DNA of 32,000 bases from Promethearchaeota archaeon (GTDB taxonomy: Archaea; Asgardarchaeota; Lokiarchaeia; Sigyniarchaeales; Promethearchaeaceae): positions 30,001 through 62,000 of the forward strand of contig JAFGBS010000034.1 of the NCBI GenBank assembly GCA_016933055.1. Direction: 5' to 3'. Position 1 is the stretch's first letter; each line of letters starts with the position of its first letter. The notes under the pieces are model-generated. The model did no database searches, was not told the origin of the DNA, and was given only the letters and a program-made list of their open reading frames with translations. The position numbers and the translations under genes were made by a program. Shown piece by piece: positions 22,636 to 31,709 of this stretch.

Positions 22636-23778
22636 ATGTTGGTAAAAAAGGTGAGTAAAGTATTTTTTGCGGATGCTTTTGCGAAAGATTATAGAACCAG
22701 CCTCTTAAATAAGATTGAATTGCTCTGGGAGACTGCGGGATTTTCGAAATTGATCAAAAAAGGGGATTTAGTTGCCATAAAAGTACATTTCGGAGAGATT
22801 GGAAACAACACCTTTATTCCCCCTTGGTATGTACGAGTAGTAGTCGACAAAATAAAAGAAAACGGCGGAAAACCATTTATAACCGATTGTAATACGGTGT
22901 ATGTGGGTTCAAGACGATATGAACCAGATCATATACAAAATGCGTATCTTCATGGATTTACATACTCTACTACCGGCGCTCCTGTAATAATTGCAGATGG
23001 TTTGAAAGGACGGAACTACGAATCGCTAGAAATTAATAAAAAGCACTTCAAGAGTGTCAAAATCGGTAGCGATCTGGTGCATGCCGATGCATTAATAGTC
23101 ATTTCCCATTTTAAGATGCATCTTATGGCTGGATTCGGGGGTGCAATCAAGAATATAGGTATGGGGGCCGGATCTGTTCAAGGGAAGAAAGAACAGCATG
23201 CAATAAAACCATTCCTTGCTGATGAGGAGAAATGTACGGGATGTGGAACTTGTAAAACCCAATGCCCTACCGATGCGATCCTAATAGTGGATAAAAAATA
23301 CACTGTTGATGAGAATAAATGTATTGGATGTGGTACATGTGTAGGTGTTTGCCCCGAAGATGCTCTAGCATTCAATTGGGGTGAAGAGATTGCACCGTTT
23401 ACTGAACGGATGACAGAATATGCTTATGGAGTATGGAAACATCATCAAGGCAAAATTGGATTTTTCAATTTTGCGATTAACATTACCCCTGAATGTGATT
23501 GCTTCGGAACTTCAGAACCTATTGTCGTTCGAGACATTGGAATCTTCGCTTCCACAGACCCGGTAGCAATTGACAAAGCTTGCTATGATGCCGTCAATAC
23601 ACAAGAGGGATTGAAATCCAGTCGGTTAAAAAAGGGTTTTAAACCGGGCGAAAATAAATTTACAGGCGTTCATGAGGGCACAAAAGGACATATTCAGTTT
23701 GAATATGGGGAAGAATTGGGAATGGGAAATCAGAAATATGAAAAAATTGAGGTAAAACCTCCCGAATCTGAAGAATAG
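22636..23778 (+). CDS. DUF362-domain protein with inserted 2x[4Fe-4S] ferredoxin domain
   Basis: VAIKVHFGE, PFITDCNTVY, SHFKMH...GGAIKNIGMG, CTGCGTCKTQCP, CIGCGTCVGVCP, ITPECDC. Possible start at GTG 22651. Confidence 0.9.
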   Translation: MLVKKVSKVFFADAFAKDYRTSLLNKIELLWETAGFSKLIKKGDLVAIKVHFGEIGNNTFIPPWYVRVVVDKIKENGGKPFITDCNTVYVGSRRYEPDHIQNAYLHGFTYSTTGAPVIIADGLKGRNYESLEINKKHFKSVKIGSDLVHADALIVISHFKMHLMAGFGGAIKNIGMGAGSVQGKKEQHAIKPFLADEEKCTGCGTCKTQCPTDAILIVDKKYTVDENKCIGCGTCVGVCPEDALAFNWGEEIAPFTERMTEYAYGVWKHHQGKIGFFNFAINITPECDCFGTSEPIVVRDIGIFASTDPVAIDKACYDAVNTQEGLKSSRLKKGFKPGENKFTGVHEGTKGHIQFEYGEELGMGNQKYEKIEVKPPESEE

Positions 23779-23889
23779 GTTTCATATACTAATTTTTTTT
23801 CATGTTCATCTCTAACAATTATCTGATTATAACGACGAAGATTGGAAATTATGAAAAAATAATAAAAAAAATTTGAAATAAAAGTAGAT

Positions 23890-25722
23890 TTACAGAGCAA
23901 TTCCTTTAAACACAAATAGTAATGCGATGATAATCGCAGATAATGCAACGGCAATGATGGAAACGATTAACCCGCGTTTACTATATTTATTTTTTCCTTC
24001 AGTTTTCAGGGCAGTCCGAGAGATTCCCAAAGAGACCAAGGATAACGGCGGGATGACTATCCCCAGCCAGCATAATTTACTTGCAAATTTAGAGTCCACT
24101 AAATCCTCGTGTTGCACTTTATCATAGGGGACAATTTCAATCCATTCAGGTGTGATAAGACCCTTCTTTGGGTTTAATCGTTCTGTTCGGAAGAATCCTT
24201 CTCGTACTCGTTCTTTGCGTTTGGATGGAATGAGGAAATTCGCCATTTTTGCGATTGCCCACTCTAATCCTCCCGTGTAATGTGCTTTCTCCCATAATTT
24301 TAGGAGTACTTGATGAACCAGAAACACACCAGCGATTAAAAACCAAATATGGATAGGTCCAAAAGCGGTGAATGCTCCTGCATCAAGATCCAACGTCCCA
24401 TTAGATAAAATGGCTGCGTATCCATTTGGTACTTGATTTGCTCCCGGAATACCCAAAACGGGGAAAATATAACCAACAAGAGCAAAGATCAATACCATAA
24501 TTATATCTACGAATTGATAATTATAAATGCTGAATGGTACATGTCCAAATCGCCGAAAATAAAGCGTCTTGCGTCCGAATTGTTTTGCCTTTCCTCGAAA
24601 CTCGACTACACGTATTAATAAGGTTAAACACCCCAGTTGAGCTCCTGTAACCATCAAAAACCAGAACAGCCATAAGAATGAATAGGAGTTCTTCCAGAAC
24701 GGTGCACCCCCCCCAAACACTAAGCCGTCTTCGTATAACCGACGTACATCATAATGATGGGAAATAATTTTGGGAACTATCTCTAAATTCGAGAAAACTG
24801 CTAGTAAAGCGACACCAATTAGTCCTATCAAGAAGAGGATAAATGAGAGTATCATTCCTTTTGTAAGAGGACGTGTTGAGGGCAGTTTTTCCGGATTTTC
24901 TTCCCGCTCTTCCTGTTTTTTGGTCAAATAGAGACCCACAACCGAACCAACAAAAGAAACTGCAAGGAAAGGGAAAATAGGTTCTGGTCCACCTGCTAAA
25001 GGCATCAAGAAGAATAGTTTCGTTAACTGCCAGATAGAATCATAACCGAGATATCCATACTGAACACCATTGTCAACTTGGAGATATTTTCCGAAGATTC
25101 GATATACAAATTCTCTTTGCTCAAAAGGATATCTAAAGCCCGGTACAAGCATATCTACACCCTCCCAGACGAAAACAGACGCTAGAATAACCAAGATAGC
25201 AAGCACAATATATATTCGTATATTTCTCTTTGTTTTTTTCCAACCGTTGTTAATAGATAAAATTCCTTGAACTAGTGCGTTTAAAATGACACAAACGGCC
25301 ACTGTATGAATTGTTTCCATGTGGAAACCTCGATATAGAACTATATCCCATTTGTTCAAGTTTCCAAGAGCAATTTCACCAAGATACCCATGATACCCTA
25401 ATACAGATTCGGTTAATATCGCAAAGAAATACAATAAAATTCCCCCGATCACTTGTTTCAAAATCACATCCCCCGGTCGACCTAACCGTTTAGTGGATCT
25501 ATACATCGAAACCATATTGCCAACTGCCGAGATCATTAAGAAAAATCCTGCCCAGCCTCCAAAAAATATCGCAGCCAGTAGGAATACGAAAATAAACATA
25601 GGTAACTGATCTAGCATCCCGCTAATTGTGTCTTGATCAGCCCAGCGCATGAGCGTATGTACGAAAACCATCATCCAAATGGCATATCCGCGTAAAAAAT
25701 CAATACTCGCAAATCTTTTCAT
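23890..25722 (-). CDS. Polytopic membrane protein, DUF1624/HGSNAT-DUF418-like, paralog 2
   Basis: RFASIDFLRGYAIWMMVFVH, FHMETIH, EPIFPFL, RRFGHVPFSIY, GGLEWAIAK. Confidence 0.75.
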   Translation of the reverse strand: MKRFASIDFLRGYAIWMMVFVHTLMRWADQDTISGMLDQLPMFIFVFLLAAIFFGGWAGFFLMISAVGNMVSMYRSTKRLGRPGDVILKQVIGGILLYFFAILTESVLGYHGYLGEIALGNLNKWDIVLYRGFHMETIHTVAVCVILNALVQGILSINNGWKKTKRNIRIYIVLAILVILASVFVWEGVDMLVPGFRYPFEQREFVYRIFGKYLQVDNGVQYGYLGYDSIWQLTKLFFLMPLAGGPEPIFPFLAVSFVGSVVGLYLTKKQEEREENPEKLPSTRPLTKGMILSFILFLIGLIGVALLAVFSNLEIVPKIISHHYDVRRLYEDGLVFGGGAPFWKNSYSFLWLFWFLMVTGAQLGCLTLLIRVVEFRGKAKQFGRKTLYFRRFGHVPFSIYNYQFVDIIMVLIFALVGYIFPVLGIPGANQVPNGYAAILSNGTLDLDAGAFTAFGPIHIWFLIAGVFLVHQVLLKLWEKAHYTGGLEWAIAKMANFLIPSKRKERVREGFFRTERLNPKKGLITPEWIEIVPYDKVQHEDLVDSKFASKLCWLGIVIPPLSLVSLGISRTALKTEGKNKYSKRGLIVSIIAVALSAIIIALLFVFKGIAL

Positions 25723-25960
25723 TGTAATTTTCCACCAGTGGAGGTTTTATTCGAAACCTTTTTCAGTTTTATATTCGCTGTAAATATTCGACGAATTTTG
25801 CTAGTTTAATGTGAGATGTTACTATAAATATCTTGTTTTTTTCGACATAAATGGGTAAGAAAACAGCAGTAATGGAAGAATCCATGCATCTAATCTATTA
25901 AAATTAGCTAGTCTTTATAATAAATAGTGAAAAAAAGGAAAATAAGAAAATTAGTTTAAT

Positions 25961-27727
25961 TTAAAATAATCCTAATGCAGAAATGGGTAAGAAAAAGGAT
26001 GCAATAAAAATAGATACTGCAATCCCTAATCCAATGAGTGAAACTATCAATCCACGTTTGTTATATTTGTTTTTTCCCTCAGTTTTCATTGAATTCGACG
26101 CAATGCCCAGAGAAACAAAGGAAATCGGTGGTATAAAAATCCCAATCCAGCATAATTTACCCGAAAGTTTCGAATCCGCAAGAGATGTGTGTACACTTTC
26201 CCCTGGAACGATTTCAATCCATTCAGGGTTATAAATACCCCCATTTACATCCAATCGTATAGTTCGGAAGAAACCTTCCTTTTTTTTTAATTTTCGTTGG
26301 GAGGGAATAACTACACCCGCTATTTTTGCTATAAACCACTCATAGCCCAGTGTAAAGTGCGCTTTTTCCCAGAAACGAATTAAAATTTCATATATTACAA
26401 ATATCAAGATGAGAAGTGGCCAGATCTGATATACATCAAACATATTTTCCGGCACAGATCCGAAATACGATGACCATGTAAGAGACGGAAACCACGGTAT
26501 CAGGGTTAGTAGGTATACCGCTAAAATATCCACAAATTGATACGCATATATAGAAAAGGCAACGAATCCATATCTTCTAAAATAACGGGTTTTCCTACCG
26601 AACGGTTTCGATTTTCCACGGAATTCTACGGTTCGAAGGATCAAACATATCGCTCCGAACTGAGCTCCTGTGACCATTAAGAACCACGGCAACCAAATAA
26701 AGGAAAAAGGAATAAAACCGAATACAAAGTCTGATCCGTAACTTTCCAATCCCTCCACATACATATGAATCACGTCGAAATGATGAGGTAAAATTATATT
26801 ATCGATTGCACTGGGACGTTGAATAACAAATAATCCTGTTCCTATTAATCCGATCACAAATAGCACTAATCCAATGATCATACCGTATTTTAGCAATTTA
26901 GTCGAAACTGGTTTATTTTCTTCCATTTCTTGTTGTTTTCTCATTAAAAATAATCCGATTATGGAACCGATAAAACTAATGGCCAAAAACGGAAAAATTG
27001 GTTCATGTTTTCCAGCAAGGGGGATCAAAAAGAATTTCCATACTAATTCAAAAAAGGGATCGACCCCCAGTACTCCATATTGAATATCGAGATTTTTAGA
27101 AACACCGAATATGTCTACAACTCTATCAGCAAATGGATATCCAGGAAGTAAAGTTCGAACACCCTGCCATACAAATACAGTTCCCACGATAACAACGATT
27201 GCGAGTATAGAGTAAATTATTATATTCCGATTTATCTTTTTCCAACCGCCATTGATCGAAAGGATTCCTTGTATTATTCCATTCAATATAATACACCATG
27301 CAATTGCATGTATTGTCTCCATATGATATCCACGATAGAAAATATGCGTCCACCAATCGTTCTTACCAAGAACCAGTTCCCCAAGTGCGGCATGATATCC
27401 CAAAACCGACTCTACTAACACTCCACAGAATAATAGGAGAGTACCACCAAGAACTTGCTTTAGAACCATATCTCCCACTTTTCCTGACTTTTCAACGCCT
27501 TTATACATCGAAATCATGTTGCCAGCGGCAGAAACCATTAAGAAGAATCCTGCCCATGCCCCTATGAAGATTAACCCCAGCATAAGCCATAGGATAATAA
27601 GCCGGTAATCGTTTATATTGGATTGTACAGTATCTCGATCTATCCATCTCATGAAAGTATGGACAAAAACCATTAGTAAAATTGCCAGTCCGCGCAGAAA
27701 GTCAATACTCGCAAATCTTTTTGACAT
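25961..27727 (-). CDS. Polytopic membrane protein, DUF1624/HGSNAT-DUF418-like, paralog 3
   Basis: RFASIDFLRGLAILLMVFVH, YHMETIH, EPIFPFL, RRYGFVAFSIY, LGYEWFIAK. Confidence 0.75.
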   Translation of the reverse strand: MSKRFASIDFLRGLAILLMVFVHTFMRWIDRDTVQSNINDYRLIILWLMLGLIFIGAWAGFFLMVSAAGNMISMYKGVEKSGKVGDMVLKQVLGGTLLLFCGVLVESVLGYHAALGELVLGKNDWWTHIFYRGYHMETIHAIAWCIILNGIIQGILSINGGWKKINRNIIIYSILAIVVIVGTVFVWQGVRTLLPGYPFADRVVDIFGVSKNLDIQYGVLGVDPFFELVWKFFLIPLAGKHEPIFPFLAISFIGSIIGLFLMRKQQEMEENKPVSTKLLKYGMIIGLVLFVIGLIGTGLFVIQRPSAIDNIILPHHFDVIHMYVEGLESYGSDFVFGFIPFSFIWLPWFLMVTGAQFGAICLILRTVEFRGKSKPFGRKTRYFRRYGFVAFSIYAYQFVDILAVYLLTLIPWFPSLTWSSYFGSVPENMFDVYQIWPLLILIFVIYEILIRFWEKAHFTLGYEWFIAKIAGVVIPSQRKLKKKEGFFRTIRLDVNGGIYNPEWIEIVPGESVHTSLADSKLSGKLCWIGIFIPPISFVSLGIASNSMKTEGKNKYNKRGLIVSLIGLGIAVSIFIASFFLPISALGLF

Positions 27728-27897
27728 TTTTGTAACCTTGAACTTTTTATTTTGTACCTAACTAACAGTTATCGTCTTAATTTCGTTCTTAGGTTTTTTT
27801 AAGGTTCTCTTTTCAATAAGTTAAATCCGTGTATAGTTCAAAACAAGTAATGTTAAAAAAACCGCTAAAAAATATAAAAAATATTTGAAAAAAATAA

Positions 27898-29886
27898 CTA
27901 GAAACTAATTCCAAAAACAAATATAGTCCCTATTAAAATACTAACCGATAATATAGCACCAATGATGGAAATTATTAATCCGCATAAATTGTAGGCATTT
28001 TTTCCCTCGGTTTTACGGGCGGTTCGAGTCACACCTAAGGATATTAATGAAATAGGTGCAATTATCAATCCCAACCAACATAATTTGAACGAGAATTTAG
28101 AATCTACGAGCTTTTCTCTAGGAATTTTATCCTCTGATATAATATCAACCCATTGGGGACTTACTAGCCCATCTTTCACATTAAGACGATTAGATTGCCA
28201 CCATGGGAGGGGACCATTAATTTGTTCATTTTCTATTCTTTCTTTGCGCTTAGATGGGATTATTAGATTTGATATTTTTGCTAAAAACCATTCAAATCCA
28301 AGAGCAAAGTGTGATCTTTGCCATAGCCTTAGTATCCCCCAATACATAAGAATAATCAAACCAAGTAAAATCCAGATTCCGTACACACCGTACTGATACA
28401 ATCCAAATCCAGGAAAGATAAATCCATTTCTGGAGTATTGGTCTGTTATGGGAATGAATGAACCGATTAAGCTAAGAAAAAGTGCTGGGATAACATCGAT
28501 GAACTGATAATTGTAAATGCTGAAGGGAACGAAGCCAAAACGCCTTAGAAAAAGAGTTTTTTGACCGAATTTATGGGTCTTCCCACGAAATTCGGTAACT
28601 CTTAATAATAAGAAAAATGCTCCGATTTGTGAGCCCGTTACTACACAGAACCACCATAACCAGGTTCCAGTTTCATATAAGGCTCTGACATCATAGGTAT
28701 AAGCTAAAATCATATCGATTGCCGTTGGATCTCCCCCCATGAATACAACCAATCCCACTCCTATTAAACCAATGACAAATAAGGCGAATCCTATTAGCAT
28801 CCCAATTTTTAATGGTAGTGTCGCGTGTTTATACTCATTTTCAATATTTTCTTTTTTTTTGATATAATAGAACAAAATTCCCAATAAAGCAAAAATTAGG
28901 AAAGAGAGTATCATATATTGCATAAATTTGAAAGGATTTCCAATTGGGCTAAATAACCATAATGCAGTAAATGAGATAAAAGACATAGTTGAGGTAAACC
29001 AGAGAAATACCGTTAATCTCTTAAACCATACTTCCGGGGTTTTCATGACCGAGACATCGTATTCGATAAATCCCTCCTTCTCTTTTTGCTTACGGATTAG
29101 AAATAAAGCAATGATACTGCCCGTATAGGATACTGCCAAAAATGGAAAAATAGGTTCCACTTTCCCGGCAAGAGGACCTAAAAAGAACCTTATCGTTAAC
29201 TCCCAAATGGAATCATGAAATAGAAATCCATATTGGGTAATTTCTGTTACAGGTATAGACTTTCCGAAAATTTCCCAAACAAATGTTCTTTTCGCATCCG
29301 GATACCCTTGTATAACTTTTTGTGCAAAATTCCAAACAGATGGAGTTAATGCAACAATTACGATGATTAAAATTAAATAAATTACAATATTCCGATTTAT
29401 TTTTTTCCATCCACCTTTTCTTGAGAGTATTGCTTGTGTAATGCCATTAAGAATTACGCACCACGCTACAGCATGTATTGTCTCAAAATGATAGCCTTTA
29501 TAGAAGATCAAAGTCCATTTATCAATATTTCCAAGTGCAAGATTTCCAAAATACCCCCCATAACCGGTTGTACTCTCAGTTAGAATAGCTGCACCAAGTA
29601 ATAATATCCCTCCGACGATTTGTTTTATTATCGTCTGCCTAACCGAATTTCTTTGAAATCCATTGTACATGGAGATCATATTTCCAGTGGCGCTAACCAT
29701 CAAGAAAAGACCACACCATCCCCCTAAGAATAATGTGGCCAAAAGAAATATAATTACGAAAAGGGAGTAACTGCCCATATCGGTGTAAATAGGATCTCGC
29801 CATACCCATCGCATTAACGTATGGACGAAAATCATTAAAAAAATTGCCAACCCTCGCAGAAAATCAATAGACGCATATCTCTTCAT
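27898..29886 (-). CDS. Polytopic membrane protein, DUF1624/HGSNAT-DUF418-like, paralog 4 (with an extra 2-TM insertion)
   Basis: RYASIDFLRGLAIFLMIFVH, YHFETIH, EPIFPFL, RRFGFVPFSIY, LGFEWFLAK. Confidence 0.75.
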   Translation of the reverse strand: MKRYASIDFLRGLAIFLMIFVHTLMRWVWRDPIYTDMGSYSLFVIIFLLATLFLGGWCGLFLMVSATGNMISMYNGFQRNSVRQTIIKQIVGGILLLGAAILTESTTGYGGYFGNLALGNIDKWTLIFYKGYHFETIHAVAWCVILNGITQAILSRKGGWKKINRNIVIYLILIIVIVALTPSVWNFAQKVIQGYPDAKRTFVWEIFGKSIPVTEITQYGFLFHDSIWELTIRFFLGPLAGKVEPIFPFLAVSYTGSIIALFLIRKQKEKEGFIEYDVSVMKTPEVWFKRLTVFLWFTSTMSFISFTALWLFSPIGNPFKFMQYMILSFLIFALLGILFYYIKKKENIENEYKHATLPLKIGMLIGFALFVIGLIGVGLVVFMGGDPTAIDMILAYTYDVRALYETGTWLWWFCVVTGSQIGAFFLLLRVTEFRGKTHKFGQKTLFLRRFGFVPFSIYNYQFIDVIPALFLSLIGSFIPITDQYSRNGFIFPGFGLYQYGVYGIWILLGLIILMYWGILRLWQRSHFALGFEWFLAKISNLIIPSKRKERIENEQINGPLPWWQSNRLNVKDGLVSPQWVDIISEDKIPREKLVDSKFSFKLCWLGLIIAPISLISLGVTRTARKTEGKNAYNLCGLIISIIGAILSVSILIGTIFVFGISF

Positions 29887-30053
29887 AGTATTTTACCTTA
29901 AGTAAATTATTAATATAATCAGTAATTGGTTGAACTATTTTATTTTACACTTTTTATAGCTTTAGCTTCGATGGTAGTGAGCTTAAAAAAAGATGAAGTG
30001 TAAAGAAAAGAATACATATCTTCAACAATATACTCTATAGATTTGACAACCTC

Positions 30054-31133
30054 ATGAAAATCTTTATTACGGGTGCTACGGGGCAATTAGGACATAGTTT
30101 GATCCGAGAACTTATAAAAGGAGATATGTTAAGTATTAATTCACCGCAAGAAATTGTTTGCTTAGTTAGAAATCCCGAACAAGCTGGAAATTTGCATGAC
30201 ATGAACATCACTATTGTTCAAGGCACCCTTAAGGATAAAAATTATCTCAAACACATCCTTTCTGAACATAAAATTGATATTATCTTTCATTGTGCGGCCA
30301 TTTCTAACCCAAGTGCGGATAAGGAACTATTATTTTCCACAAATATCGACGGATCCAATAACCTATTGGATGCTTTCGTAGAATCCCCCCAAACTCACAG
30401 TTTTGTGTTCAGTAGCTCGATTAGTGTTTACGATTCTTATTTGAAATCTGATGGAACCCCCCTTACTGAGGATGCAAAGTTTGGAAGTCTGACAAAAGGA
30501 GATCCCTATGCAATCTCAAAACGCATGATTGAGCAAGAAATAACGCATTTGCAGAAACTTCATCCAGAAAAGCGATTTTATATTGCACGGATCGGTCCTA
30601 TGAGTGGAACCCATGATCGGATCATCCTTCCGATGTTGATAACTTTAATGTCTAAACAAAGATTGCCAAAATTAATTGGAAAAGGTCGCAAGAAAATATC
30701 CATCATTGCACCAGAAGATGCTGCTCGTGCTATGGTGTTTCTCACTCAGAATTCGAAAAAAGATTCAAATCATGTCTACAACGTGACCGGGAATATGATA
30801 AGTTACAAAGAAATGTTTGACTGTGTTGCCTCTTATTACGGCATAGAATATTCCAATTTTTCCATTCCATACTGGTTGTTCCGAATATTACGACCAATAA
30901 TTTGGTTAATACGAATCTTTTTTCCTAAAAATAAGTTTGTTCAAATGGTTTTCTCGGAGACAGCTCTTGCCTTTTTCAATAATTCCTATGAATACGACAG
31001 CAATAAGATTCAAAATCTCGGATTTAAATTTCTCTATTCTCCATTGGAATCCATCCGGATGGGTTTAGAAACCATGGACCATGAAAAAGAACTGATCGCT
31101 TCGAAACAAGATAATTGTAAAACGGACAATTAA
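30054..31133 (+). CDS. NAD-dependent epimerase/dehydratase family (extended SDR, 3-beta-HSD-like)
   Basis: FITGATGQLG Rossmann motif, FSSSISVY, YAISK (YxxxK), and a C-terminal hydrophobic patch. Confidence 0.88.
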   Translation: MKIFITGATGQLGHSLIRELIKGDMLSINSPQEIVCLVRNPEQAGNLHDMNITIVQGTLKDKNYLKHILSEHKIDIIFHCAAISNPSADKELLFSTNIDGSNNLLDAFVESPQTHSFVFSSSISVYDSYLKSDGTPLTEDAKFGSLTKGDPYAISKRMIEQEITHLQKLHPEKRFYIARIGPMSGTHDRIILPMLITLMSKQRLPKLIGKGRKKISIIAPEDAARAMVFLTQNSKKDSNHVYNVTGNMISYKEMFDCVASYYGIEYSNFSIPYWLFRILRPIIWLIRIFFPKNKFVQMVFSETALAFFNNSYEYDSNKIQNLGFKFLYSPLESIRMGLETMDHEKELIASKQDNCKTDN

Positions 31134-31236
31134 CAACTGAATTAACAGATTCAATTATCTTTACTTAACATTTGATCGAAATGATAGCACAGAACGGAAC
31201 GCTAGATTAATGAACAAGATAAACTAACTTTCTTAT

Positions 31237-31701
31237 ATGTCACCACAAAATGTGTTGGATGGAATTGAGCACTTGAAGGAATATCAAGGAAAGGAAATGG
31301 GTCCCTCGAAATGGGTCAAAATAACACAAGATAAGATTAATATGTTTGCGGAGGCGACCGGTGATCACCAATGGATCCACGTAGATGTTGAAAGAGCGAA
31401 AAAAGAATCTACCTATGGTGGTCCAATTGCACACGGTTATTTGACTCTATCATTGATTCCTGATTTATTTTGGGATGTTTTAGAAGTTAAAGGCTTTAAA
31501 ACTGTAATCAATTATGGGACAAACAAGGTCAGATTTCCGGCTCCGGTACCTGTTGATTCAAGTGTCTGCATGAAAGTAACTCTCGCAAATATCACAGAAA
31601 TAAAGAATGGTGTGCAATGTGAATTTAAATGCGTGTTGAATACCGAGAGTGGAGAAAAACCTGTGTGCATTGCTGAAATTGTGTTTCTGTTGATGAACTA
31701 G
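31237..31701 (+). CDS. MaoC family (hotdog-fold) dehydratase, NodN-like
   Basis: FAEATGDHQWIHVD, IAHGYLTLS, NYGTNKVRFPAPV. Confidence 0.93.
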   Translation: MSPQNVLDGIEHLKEYQGKEMGPSKWVKITQDKINMFAEATGDHQWIHVDVERAKKESTYGGPIAHGYLTLSLIPDLFWDVLEVKGFKTVINYGTNKVRFPAPVPVDSSVCMKVTLANITEIKNGVQCEFKCVLNTESGEKPVCIAEIVFLLMN

Positions 31702-31709
31702 CAGTTGAT

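Noticed and set aside
26280-28860. A9 tracts in paralogs 3 (26280-26288) and 4 (28852-28860) as phase-variation sites
   Set aside because: They encode Lys runs; similar A/T runs occur elsewhere (e.g. YkgJ) in this AT-rich window.
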